Positions 1-9,859 of a stretch of DNA of 22,948 bases are shown piece by piece. This DNA is from Kofleriaceae bacterium (lineage in GTDB: Bacteria > Myxococcota_A > Polyangia > Haliangiales > Haliangiaceae), in contig JBKJLC010000092.1 of the NCBI GenBank assembly GCA_046597055.1, forward strand, positions 1-22,948. The letters run 5' to 3'. Under the pieces are notes generated by a model that made no database searches, was not told the DNA's origin, and worked only from the letters and a program-made list of their open reading frames with translations. How positions within the stretch are numbered: position 1 is the stretch's first letter; each line of letters begins with the position of its first letter. A program made the position numbers and the translations under genes.

Positions 1-257
1 GCAGCCGGGTGGCGCGCCCAGGCCCGGCACCGCGATGACCCAGCACACCGGCCTGCCGCCGCTGCCGCGCGGCGCGACCCGCCCGCGCGGCCCGCGTCGC
101 CCCGGTCCGTGAGCCCGCGGTGGCGCTCGACGACGTCACGCCCAAGATCGAAGACGTGGAGGACGACGCGGTCGTGATGCCGTTCACGACGCGTGCCTGG
201 ACCTCCCACGCGCGCGTCGCCTGACGCTGAACTGTGGTGGCGGGGTCGCGGAGGCGG

Positions 258-572
258 TCACCCGCGCGCGCGCGCCAGGACCTGTCGGAGCCGGTCCCGG
301 ACGCTGCCGGTGACCTCGACCACCGCGAGCCCGAGATCGAGCGGACAGCGATCGAGCACCACGTCGGGCTCGCTGTCGCGGAGGTTCGCGATCGAGCGCG
401 CCAGCATGAGCTCGAGGTCCTCGACCGACGGCATCGCGGCCAGCTCGTGGCCCTCCTCGACCAGCTGATGGTACGGCTCGATGACCGACGTGGACCCGGG
501 CAGCGCGTCGGCCAGCGCCTCGACCAGGGTCGACTTGCCCACGCCGTGGGTGCCAGAGATCGCGATCCGCAT
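258..572 (-). CDS. P-loop NTPase of the AAA_28/NadR-like nucleotide-kinase type; only 104 aa, possibly internally deleted (pseudogene or assembly artefact)
   Basis: ATG at 572 gives MRIAISGTHGVGKST (N-terminal Walker A), then ...EPY... and DVVLDRCPLD (kinase-type Walker B DR), followed directly by a C-terminal-like VVEVTGSVRDRLRQVL. TGA at 258-260. Confidence 0.7.
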   Translation of the reverse strand: MRIAISGTHGVGKSTLVEALADALPGSTSVIEPYHQLVEEGHELAAMPSVEDLELMLARSIANLRDSEPDVVLDRCPLDLGLAVVEVTGSVRDRLRQVLARARG

Positions 573-758
573 CGGCAGCGAGTATCGCGCGCGGGGCGGC
601 CGGCGCGAAGCCGGCCCTAAACCTGACAGCTGGCTGACAGGGTTCTCGCTCCCGCCCGGGTCGCACCGCCGCTCCCGCGCGCTGTCCGTTGACCGTTGCC
701 AGCGGCGCGCACATTCTGGGCCGGCCGGATCGACCCGGTCACTGGAGGAGACAACCCC

Positions 759-1406
759 ATGAGCCTGACCTTCTATTTTGCGCCGATGTCCACCGCGAGC
801 ATGACCGACCTGGTCCTCGCCGAGCTCGGGATTCCCTGCGAGCGCGTGGCGCTCGAGCTCAGCAAGGGCGCGACCAAGACGCCCGAGTTCCTCGCGATCA
901 ACCCCAACGGCAAGGTGCCGGTGATCGTCCATGACGGCACGGTGATCTGGGAGTCGTCGGCGATCACGATGTACCTGGGCGAGGTATTCGGCGTCGAGCG
1001 CGGGCTGTACCCGCCGGCGGGACCCGCGCGCGGCGAGGTGATGAAGTGGGTCGCGTGGACCAACGTGTCGCTTGGCAGCGCGGTCCAGCGCTACGCACAC
1101 AACACGGCGCCGTGGGTCCCGGCCGAGCAGCAGAATGCGAAGGCGGGCGCGCTGGCGAAGGACGAGGTCATCGACCACCTGCGCATCCTCGACGCGGCGC
1201 TGGCGAAGCGGGCGTACCTCGGTGGGGACAAGTACACGGTCGCGGATACCCACCTGCATTCGCTGATCGACTGGGTGCGGCACCTGAAGATCGACGTGGC
1301 CGCGCACCCGAACGTCGAGGCGTGGAGCCAGCGGTGCGCCGCGCGCCCTGCGTACCAGGCGTCGATGGCGGCCCAGGCTGCGGCGATGGCCAGCAACGGC
1401 GCGTAG
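759..1406 (+). CDS. Glutathione S-transferase family protein (215 aa)
   Basis: GGAGGAG RBS at 744-750 and ATG at 759. GST N-domain motifs EFLAINPNGKVPVI and WESSAITMYL; C-domain YLGGDKYTVADTHL and HPNVEAWSQRCAARPA. Confidence 0.95.
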   Translation: MSLTFYFAPMSTASMTDLVLAELGIPCERVALELSKGATKTPEFLAINPNGKVPVIVHDGTVIWESSAITMYLGEVFGVERGLYPPAGPARGEVMKWVAWTNVSLGSAVQRYAHNTAPWVPAEQQNAKAGALAKDEVIDHLRILDAALAKRAYLGGDKYTVADTHLHSLIDWVRHLKIDVAAHPNVEAWSQRCAARPAYQASMAAQAAAMASNGA

Positions 1407-1426
1407 GCAGCGGGCATTCCGAAGCT

Positions 1427-1467
1427 CTGATCGAAGGTGGCGCGCAGTGCGCGCACCGCGAGATCAG
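1427..1467. terminator. Imperfect GC-rich hairpin downstream of the GST stop, between convergent genes; possible terminator
   Basis: CTGATC (1427-1432) ... GGTG-GCGCGC-AGT-GCGCGC-ACC ... GATCAG (1462-1467) can pair. No clear poly-U tail. Confidence 0.3.
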
Positions 1468-1636
1468 TTGGCCCGCTTAGGGCCCGCGAATGGATAAGTC
1501 GATCGATGATCGCGGCCGAGGCGCCCGGATGGCGAGGCGCGAGGCGGGCGCATACTCTCCGTATGTAACCGACGAGCAACGAAGCCAGCCGGGATGGATC
1601 GGCCGCGAGGGCGGGCGAGTTATGCATGCGCGGGCC

Positions 1637-2158
1637 CTACGGGCGCTTGCGAAGCGGGCCGGGTGCGTCGCACAGCGCGCAGCCGGTGACGACCGACGCC
1701 CACTCGCAGTCGTCGCAGGCGATCGCGACCACGTGGAAGCCGTCCTCGCCGAACGTCGCGGTCGGGGTCGGCGGGGGCGGCCGGCCACCGGCCGCGGGGG
1801 TGCGCACCCGCGCCGGCGCCATCCCGATCAGCGTCATCTCGGTCGCGCCACAGCCCGGGCACTTCTTGGGGATCGGCAGCCGCGACGGCCCGGCGGCGGC
1901 GGCCAGCCCGCCGGGCGCGTGGCAGCGCGGGCAGTCGTCGCTGGCGAACGCGACCGCCTGGCAGCCCAGGCAGCTGACCCGGCTGATGCCGTCGATCAGC
2001 TTCTCGCCGTCGTAGGCCCAGACGCCCTCGTTGTTGGCCTGCGCGTACATGACCGAGACCTTGCGATCGACGTAGGTCGCGAGCTCCAGGGCCTTGCTGC
2101 CGCAGCTGGCGCAGCCGCGCATCAGCTCTTCGAATCGCTGCTCGGTGACGTGACCCAT
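1637..2158 (-). CDS. Cys-rich hypothetical protein with six CxxC pairs (putative multi zinc-ribbon, 173 aa)
   Basis: C-terminal part of ORF 1637..3859 from ATG 2158 (MGHVTEQRFEELMRG). Motifs CASC, CLGC, CPRC, CPGC, CDDC, CALC. Typical high-GC codon usage. Confidence 0.8.
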   Translation of the reverse strand: MGHVTEQRFEELMRGCASCGSKALELATYVDRKVSVMYAQANNEGVWAYDGEKLIDGISRVSCLGCQAVAFASDDCPRCHAPGGLAAAAGPSRLPIPKKCPGCGATEMTLIGMAPARVRTPAAGGRPPPPTPTATFGEDGFHVVAIACDDCEWASVVTGCALCDAPGPLRKRP

Positions 2159-2301
2159 CGTGCTCGCTTCCGTGTGCGGTGCGGGGTGTCGCGCCAGGAG
2201 ACCGTACTCCATAGCGCTCCTGCAGAAGGCAGACCTCGCACTTGACTCGTGACCCCGGACCCCGGCGTCACTGTTGACCGCTTCGCTCCGCTCGCTGGGG
2301 G

Positions 2302-3638
<1,337 letters not shown>

Positions 3639-3642
<4 letters not shown>

Positions 3643-4952
3643 GGCCGGCGCCGTCGTCTCCGCGGGAGGAGCCCGCATACCACGGCGAGCGCGCCGAGCG
3701 CGAGCCCGGTCGGGTTTCCGGACCCGCTTGCGCAGCAGCCACCGCCGCCACCGCCGTCGCCCCCGTCCGTGCCGACCCCGCCATCGCCGCTGCCGGCGCC
3801 GGCGTCGCCGGTCGGGTCGGCCGCATCCTCGGGGATCGCGGCGTCGGGGACCCCGGCATCGACGCCGGTGCCGGTCCGGTGCAGCACCAGCGAGTTGAAG
3901 TTGAGGACCCCGGCCTCGACCTGCTTGCACTGGGTCACCGGGTTGAAGCCGACGCGGGTCGCGGTGACGCACGCCTGGCGTGGCGCGACGTTGAAGCTGT
4001 AGCCGCTGTCGGCGCTGTCGGTCGTGATGGCGCGGCCGTCGTCGAGCGCGACCTCAACCCCGGCGATCGCGAGGCCGGTCAGGCTGCCCTCGCGCACCTT
4101 GCCGAGCAACGTGCCGGGCGCCTGGGCCCCGTAACCCACGCCGAGGTGGTTGGCGACCGGCCGCTCGACCCCGTCGGACGGACGGTTGACCACGCCACCC
4201 TCGCCGGCGACGACCAGGGTCGAGGCCCCGCCGCCGTCGAGCAACAGCGCGTCGCGCACGCCGCGCTCGCGCAAGAACCCGGCCAGCTCGGCCGCGGTCA
4301 TGCCGGTCGAGCCGGCTTGCCAGCCGTCGACCACGACCAGCACCAGCCGCCGGTTGTCGTCGGCCAGCCCGAGCGCGGTGCGCGGTGCGCGCACGCACGC
4401 CAGCACGTCGCCATCGCCGCAGTCGAACGTCGCCGAGGCCTGCCCGGCGCGCAGCAGCATCGGCCGACCCCCGATCACGCCGGTCGTGAACGCCGGCAGG
4501 TCGCCGGGCGCGACCACCGCCTCGGGCGCGATCACGAGCGCGTCGGTGCGGCCCTGGACCTTGCCGAAGCGGAACACCCCGGCGAGCCCGTCGTCGCGCG
4601 CGGTCGACCACGGCACGCCATCGCCCATCGCGAGCCCGTCGGGGACCCAGCCCGATGGCGCGAAGTAGTCGCCGTTCACCACGATCTGGGACCCGGTGCG
4701 CGCGGCAAACGCCGATGCGGTCAGCCCGCGGTCCTCCTCGCGCGTGGCCCGGAGCGTGAGCTCGGCCGACGTGAGATCGATCACGACCAGGTGGATGCGC
4801 GCCGGGATCGCCGGCTCCGACCACACCTCGTGGCTCACCCCGGGATACGGCGTGGTCGCCGACAGCCGGGTCGCCGCGCCCGCCGGCGCCGCGACGAGCA
4901 CGGGCGCAGCGACGAGCGCCACCGCCAGGGCCGGCCACAGACGAGCTTGCAT
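3639..4952 (-). CDS. Secreted phosphodiester glycosidase (NAGPA-like) family protein with a carboxypeptidase-regulatory-like beta domain and a MYXO-CTERM-like anchor
   Basis: Signal peptide MQARLWPALAVALVAAPVLVAAPAGA; family motifs VNGDYF, APRTALG, LVVVDG, ALLLDGGGASTL, NRPSDGVERPVANHL. Asp/Gly/Pro linker, then GGGGCCASG...LALGALAVVCGLLPRRRRRRP. Alternative ATGs at 4961 and 4964. Confidence 0.88.
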
Positions 4953-5149
4953 TCGCACCATCATATCGGAGATGGCGGACCCGCACGTCTGGCTTGTGGG
5001 ACCTGCGCCCCGCGCCGGATGGGCCGCGCGGTCGGCTGCGCGGGTTGGTTGGAAGCCGGAGCCTCGGAGATCACCGCCTGAGGTATCTATACTGTTGTTC
5101 GGTATGGCTCCATGGTCCCGTGGTCGCTGCGGGCGACGCAGGAGCACTC

Positions 5150-5779
5150 ATGAAGAGGTTGTTGGTCGGCGCGTTAGCCATGGCAGTCGGGCTGGGCGTC
5201 TGGCTCTTGATTTCGTCGGACGATCGCTCGCGACCACGGCCGGAGAGCGCCGATGCGGCACATCCGACCAGGTCCGCAGAAAGCGTCGACACCTCACCGT
5301 CCGGCTCCGGCACCACCGCTGATCGAGTGGCGACTCGGATCGTGCGCCTGACCCCGGAGCAGCGCCGCCGTGTTGCAGCCGCGATCGCCGTCGCAAGGGC
5401 ACGGCGGAACGAGGACACCGCGGCGGCACTTCGTCCAACGACCGGCTCGTCCACGCCACCTCCCGGGGGAGAAGCACTGATGGACACGCCCGACCGCGTC
5501 CTCTCGCAGTTCGTGGCGGTCACGGAGGAGATCAAAGAGTATGTGTCTCAGTGCCTCGAACGCCACGGGCCGGGCGTCAAAGGCTTCAAGGCCGATCTTC
5601 GCCTCGATGGCGATCCCGACGTTGGCACGCTGATCGATGCATCAGCCCTCGTCGGCATCGACGGCGCCCCACTTCCGGCTGAATTCGACGACTGTGTGCG
5701 GGCCCAGATGCAGACGCTCGAGTTGCCGCCGATGAAAACGGGGGACGGCTTTTCTGTCACCTATGAGTTCGAATTCTAG
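5150..5779 (+). CDS. Membrane-anchored hypothetical protein (209 aa) with a C-terminal AgmX/PglI/TonB-C-like alpha-beta domain
   Basis: AGGAG RBS at 5140-5144 and ATG at 5150. N-terminal hydrophobic helix, Ser/Thr/Pro linker, then SQCLE...DDCVRAQMQTLELPP...FSVTYEFEF, a two-Cys pattern seen in myxobacterial TonB-C-like domains. The domain call is tentative. Confidence 0.7.
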   Translation: MKRLLVGALAMAVGLGVWLLISSDDRSRPRPESADAAHPTRSAESVDTSPSGSGTTADRVATRIVRLTPEQRRRVAAAIAVARARRNEDTAAALRPTTGSSTPPPGGEALMDTPDRVLSQFVAVTEEIKEYVSQCLERHGPGVKGFKADLRLDGDPDVGTLIDASALVGIDGAPLPAEFDDCVRAQMQTLELPPMKTGDGFSVTYEFEF

Positions 5780-5900
5780 TTCGCGCCCCGCTGCGGTGAG
5801 CGAACGGAGAACGTGGCGCTCGAGTAGAGCGACGATGAAGTTGGTCGACGTCCGCGACAGGCGACCGAGACCGAGACGCCCAGGGTGGTGGCCCCCGCGC

Positions 5901-6047
5901 GTCGACGGGCTGGCCCTTCGACGCCGGGCTCGCAACGAGCCCTTCGCGCAGGGACACCGGAAAGATGAGCGGGATCCTGAGTGCGCCCTTCGACGCCGCG
6001 CCTTCGACGCCGGCGCAGGGACACCGGGCACCGGGGCTGCGCTCAGG
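5901..6047. repeat. REP/MITE-like palindromic repeat cluster between convergent genes
   Basis: CCTTCGACGCCG x3 (5915-5926, 5987-5998, 6001-6012); GCGCAGGGACACCGG x2 (5946-5960, 6013-6027); perfect hairpin GGGCTCG-CAA-CGAGCCC (5926-5942); near-perfect inverted repeat GTCGACGGGC/GCCCTTCGAC (5901-5922); CCTGAGTGC/GCGCTCAGG inverted repeat (5976-6047). Confidence 0.65.
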
Positions 6048-8202
6048 GCAGCGGGACCGGCTTGCCAGCCGCGATCTTGACCTCGACGTCGTAGGTCTCG
6101 CTGCCGCCGTCGTCACTCACGGTCACCGTGCGCTTGCCGACCTCGAATGCCGCCTTGCGGCCGCGGCGCTTGCCGACGACGATCACGAGGCCGTCGGGTG
6201 CCTCGACCCAGCCGAGCTCGAAGGCGACCGCCGCGCCCTCGCTGGTGACCTGCACGACCCGGCGCGCGGTGCCCGGCAACTTGATGGTCTCGATGTCGAC
6301 GGTGTAGGTGCCAGCCTTGAGCGCGCAGTCGAACGGCAGCGGCTGCTTGCTGCACGCGGGCACACCCTCGACGGTGAGCCGGGCCTCGAGGTTGGCCCTG
6401 ACCGACAGCGCGCCGCCCGGCTGCAGGACCAGCTTGACCGGCACCGCGCGGGTGCCGGCGGTCGGCGTGACCGCGACCGTGGCCGGTGCATGCCCGGCCA
6501 GGCGCGCCCCCACGACGTGGCGCTTGCCGGCCTCGACCAGGATCTCGCTGGTCGGGGTGAGCGCACCGGGCAGGCGGCGGCCGTCGAGCGCGACCTCGGC
6601 GCCGGGGGGCTCGCTGGTCACGGCCAGGGTCGCGTAGTCGCGCGACATGGTCATCGCCTGCATCACCTGGGACTCGCCGCCCGGCGCCGGGACCCTCATC
6701 GTGCGGGTGGTCTCCTGGTAGCCGGCTGCGCGAAAGGTGACCGGGACCTCGGCGCCCGGCGCCAGGCTGGTGAGCGTGAGCGGGGTGACCCCGGCCTCGG
6801 CGCCGGCGATCACGATGGTGGCGCCGCGCGGATCGCTGTCGAGCAGCACGGTCGCCGAGCGCGGCACCAGGCGCAGGGCGAGGTTGGTCGGCGGGCCGCT
6901 GGCCGGCTGGAACACGGTCTCGGCCGGGCCGTGGCCGTCGAGCCGGGCGACCACGCGGTAGGCGCGGCCGATCTCCAGGCCGCCCACGGTCAGCGCGCCG
7001 GCCGCGGCCACGCCGCGATCGTGGCCGTCGATCTCGATGGTCGCGCCGGCCGGGTCGGTGGTGATCGCGACCGAGGTCCGGGGCGTGCTGATGAACCGCG
7101 GGTAGGCGACCAGGCCGATCAGCGCGATCAGGAGGACGATCGCGGCCGACAGCGCGCCGACCACGCCCTTCTGGCCACGACCCTCGGTGCCCGGGGTGCC
7201 GCGCCGCTCGACCGGGTGCGAGGCGCCGTGCGGCAGCAGCCGCGACGGGCCGGCGGCGAGCCGTCCCGAGGCGTCGATCTTTTCGGTGAAGAAGCCGAAC
7301 GCGTCGAGCTGCACCTTGGGCGTGTCGAGATCGAATGCGCACACGCACTCGGTCGCAACGCCGGGCAGCACGTTGAAGATGAACCGCGTCGAGCTGTTGG
7401 CGATCAGGTACAGGCCGAGGCCGGCGCCGCCGGTCTTGCGGTCGATCTGCTGCTCGGAGTGCAGGCACTTCCACAGGTAGCGCAGCACGGTGGGGCGATC
7501 GATCGTGCCGTAGCTGTCGCGGACCGACACCGTGAAGGTGTGGGCGTCGCACGCGTACTGGACGACGACCTTCTGCTCCATGCGGAGCTGGATCCGGCTC
7601 TTGGTCGGGATGTCGGCGAAGATCTGCTTGCCCTGATCGTCGACCGGCGCGTCGTAGAGCGCGTTCATCAACATCTCGTCCACGCACTGCTCGACCGCCT
7701 CGCGGTACTTGCGGCGCACGCCCATCAGCTCGGCGAACTCGCTGATCTGCGCGATGCACAGCGACTTCTCCTGGTAGTCGGCGACCAAGGTCGAGTAGAC
7801 CCGGGTGCCCCACGGCACCAGCTTCTCGAGGCCGAAGATGTCGCCGGCCAGGATGCGGGTCGCCATCGCCGACAGGTCGTGGGCGCGGAAGTCGCTCTGG
7901 ACCAGGATGCCGGCGATCTTGTCGGACGCCTTCATCACGTCGACGGTCTTGTCGAGCTGCGGCGTCGGTAGGATCGCGATCATCCGCGTGTCGGGCCCGA
8001 GCCGCGCCGTGAGCTCCTCGGCGCAGCTGGCCAGCTCGCCGGCGAGGTGGACCACGACCAGCGCGGCGTGGACGTCCCCGCGACCGAGGCCGTCGAGGCT
8101 GGGATGCAGCTCCACGACGCCCCCCGAGGCGCGCAGTGACGTTGCGATGAGCTTACCGAAGGCCTTGTCTGCCGACAGCGCGATGACCCGGCGGGCGAGC
8201 AT
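6043..8202 (-). CDS. Membrane protein: degenerate receiver-like domain + HATPase_c (GHKL, anti-sigma-kinase-like) domain + TM helix + PEGA repeats (719 aa)
   Basis: N-box EMLMNALYDAP, G1 VSVRDSYG, G2 GGAGLGLYLI; TM VVGALSAAIVLLIALIGLVAY; PEGA-like repeats ITTDPAGATIEIDG, LDSDPRGATIVIAG...GVTPL, VTSEPPGAEVALDG. Confidence 0.85.
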   Translation of the reverse strand: MLARRVIALSADKAFGKLIATSLRASGGVVELHPSLDGLGRGDVHAALVVVHLAGELASCAEELTARLGPDTRMIAILPTPQLDKTVDVMKASDKIAGILVQSDFRAHDLSAMATRILAGDIFGLEKLVPWGTRVYSTLVADYQEKSLCIAQISEFAELMGVRRKYREAVEQCVDEMLMNALYDAPVDDQGKQIFADIPTKSRIQLRMEQKVVVQYACDAHTFTVSVRDSYGTIDRPTVLRYLWKCLHSEQQIDRKTGGAGLGLYLIANSSTRFIFNVLPGVATECVCAFDLDTPKVQLDAFGFFTEKIDASGRLAAGPSRLLPHGASHPVERRGTPGTEGRGQKGVVGALSAAIVLLIALIGLVAYPRFISTPRTSVAITTDPAGATIEIDGHDRGVAAAGALTVGGLEIGRAYRVVARLDGHGPAETVFQPASGPPTNLALRLVPRSATVLLDSDPRGATIVIAGAEAGVTPLTLTSLAPGAEVPVTFRAAGYQETTRTMRVPAPGGESQVMQAMTMSRDYATLAVTSEPPGAEVALDGRRLPGALTPTSEILVEAGKRHVVGARLAGHAPATVAVTPTAGTRAVPVKLVLQPGGALSVRANLEARLTVEGVPACSKQPLPFDCALKAGTYTVDIETIKLPGTARRVVQVTSEGAAVAFELGWVEAPDGLVIVVGKRRGRKAAFEVGKRTVTVSDDGGSETYDVEVKIAAGKPVPLP

Positions 8203-8279
8203 CCAGGCATTGAAGATAACGTGAGCTGCCCCACTTCGGCTGGTTTATGGTGCAGGGATCACCAGCTTTCTGTGCAAAC

Positions 8280-8311
8280 TTGACAGACAGAACGAACGGT
8301 CGTGCTATTAT
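8280..8311 (+). promoter_or_regulatory. Putative sigma70-type promoter of tetR overlapped by a palindromic operator-like site
   Basis: TTGACA at 8280-8285; extended -10 TGcTATTAT at 8303-8311 (the 20-bp spacing to TTGACA is non-canonical); imperfect palindrome AGAACGAACGGTCGTGCT at 8289-8306 (14/18 self-complementary). Confidence 0.6.
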
Positions 8312-8317
8312 ATGACC

Positions 8318-8902
8318 ATGGTGACCCGTAAGGGCGACGCGACGCGGACCGCGATCCTGGAGCGGGCGACCGCCCTCGCCCGCACGGTCGGGCTCGAAGG
8401 GCTGACCATCGGTCGCCTTGCCGAGGAGATGGCGCTGTCGAAGAGCGGGCTGTTCGCCCACTTCGGCTCCAAGGAAGCGCTGGCCGGCGCGGTGGTCGAG
8501 CACGCCCGCGAGCAGTTCGTCGCGCGGGTGCTGGCCCCGGCGCTCAAGGTCGGTCGTGGCGAGCCGCGCCTGCGCGCGTTGCTCGATCGCTGGACCGGCT
8601 GGGACGCCGACGAGGGCGGCTGCATCTTCATGGCGCTGTCGGCCGAGCTCGACGATCGACCGGGGCCGGCCCGCGACGTGCTGACCGCCGCCCTGCGCGA
8701 CTGGTTCGACGCGCTCGCGACCGCGGTCCGCATCGCGATCGACGAGACCCACTTCCGCGCCGACGTCGACCCGCAGCAGGTCGCGTTCGAGCTGTACGGC
8801 ATCATGTCCGCGACCCACGTGACGTCGCGGTTGATCGGCGATCCCAAGGCAGGCATTCGCACGCGCCGTGCGGTCGACGCGCTCATCGCGCGTTGCCGCT
8901 AG
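8318..8902 (+). CDS. TetR/AcrR family transcriptional regulator
   Basis: HTH ILERATALARTVGLEGLTIGRLAEEMALSKSGLFAHFGSKEAL; GGCIF motif. In-frame ATGs at 8312 and 8318; 8318 is chosen because it lies 7 nt after the -10 box. Confidence 0.95.
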   Translation: MVTRKGDATRTAILERATALARTVGLEGLTIGRLAEEMALSKSGLFAHFGSKEALAGAVVEHAREQFVARVLAPALKVGRGEPRLRALLDRWTGWDADEGGCIFMALSAELDDRPGPARDVLTAALRDWFDALATAVRIAIDETHFRADVDPQQVAFELYGIMSATHVTSRLIGDPKAGIRTRRAVDALIARCR

Positions 8903-8919
8903 CGGCCCAAGGAGCTCTT

Positions 8920-9852
8920 ATGGCTTCCTCTCGCGCAAATAATAGTACGAACGTTCGGTTCATGAAGTGGGCGATTGAGGTAGCCGACCGGCTGGCCCCG
9001 AGCCTGGCCAGCGAGCTGGCCCTGCGCGCGTTCCTCACGCCGGCGCGGACGGCCCGGCCCGATCGGGAGCGCGCGCTGCTCGAGATCGCTCGGCCGCTGA
9101 CGCTGTCGGCCGGCGGCGTGCCGCTGGCGGCCTGGGCCTGGGGCGAGGGACCGACCGTGCTGCTCGCCCACGGCTGGGCCGGGCGCGGCGCGCAGTTCGG
9201 CGCGCTGGTGCCGGCGCTGGTCAACCGCGGGCGCCGGGTGGTGACCTGGGACGCGCCGGCGCACGGCGACACCCCGGGCCGGCGCACGACCCTCGCCGGC
9301 ATGGCCGAGGTGATCCGCACCGTCGCGGCCCGGGTCGGTCCGGTCGAGGCGGTGGTCGCGCACTCGTTCGGCGCCGCGGCCACGACGATCGCGCTGGCCC
9401 GCGGGCTCGAGGTCGCGCGGGTGGCGTACGTGTCGCCGCTGTACGCGATCGGCTCCACGGTCGACCGGTTCACCGCCGCGCTCGCGCTATCGCCGGCGGC
9501 GCGCCGCGACTTCGAGCTCGCGCTGGCGACCGCCAACCTGGTCGGTCGCGACGAGCTCGAGGGCGCTCGGCTGGCGCCGCGCCTCACCACGCCGCTCCTG
9601 GTCGTCCACGATCGCGACGATCGCGAGGTCCCGTACCGCGACGGCGTGGCGGTCGCGGCCGCCTGGTCGAACGCCCGGCTGGTCACCACCGCTGGCCTCG
9701 GCCACCGTCGCATCCTGACCGACCCCGAGGTCGTCGACCTGGTCGGCGGGTTCGTCACCGGCGCCAGCCCGCCGAGCGGGCTCGTGCTCGACGAGCACGC
9801 GCGCCTCGACCGCGAGCTGGCCTATCCCGAGCGCCGGCACGTCATCGCCTGA
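8920..9852 (+). CDS. Alpha/beta-fold hydrolase (310 aa)
   Basis: AAGGAG RBS at 8909-8914 and ATG at 8920. Oxyanion LLAHGWAG, DAPAHG, nucleophile elbow AHSFG, acid HDRDD, catalytic His GLGHRRIL. Confidence 0.93.
   Translation: MASSRANNSTNVRFMKWAIEVADRLAPSLASELALRAFLTPARTARPDRERALLEIARPLTLSAGGVPLAAWAWGEGPTVLLAHGWAGRGAQFGALVPALVNRGRRVVTWDAPAHGDTPGRRTTLAGMAEVIRTVAARVGPVEAVVAHSFGAAATTIALARGLEVARVAYVSPLYAIGSTVDRFTAALALSPAARRDFELALATANLVGRDELEGARLAPRLTTPLLVVHDRDDREVPYRDGVAVAAAWSNARLVTTAGLGHRRILTDPEVVDLVGGFVTGASPPSGLVLDEHARLDRELAYPERRHVIA
8944..8961. promoter_or_regulatory. Second operator-like box inside the 5' coding region of the hydrolase
   Basis: AGTACGAACGTTCGGTTC matches the tetR upstream box at 12 of the first 14 nt; the core CGAACGTTCG (8948-8957) is a perfect palindrome in an AT-rich patch. 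Confidence 0.55.
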
Positions 9853-9859
9853 CCGTCCG

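Noticed and set aside
2..224. Possible + strand gene end (2-112) and a short ORF 120-224 (VALDDVTPKIEDVEDDAVVMPF...)
   Set aside because: Too short, no recognisable motif or RBS, and at the window edge; cannot be supported.
2181..2197. Sigma54-like TGGCGC...GC upstream of the Cys-rich gene
   Set aside because: GG-to-GC spacing is 11 nt instead of the strict 10, and the TTGC element is missing.
5901..6047. Repeat cluster considered as a CRISPR array (likewise 19835-19892)
   Set aside because: Repeats are too short or directly tandem, there are no regular unique spacers, and no cas genes are present.
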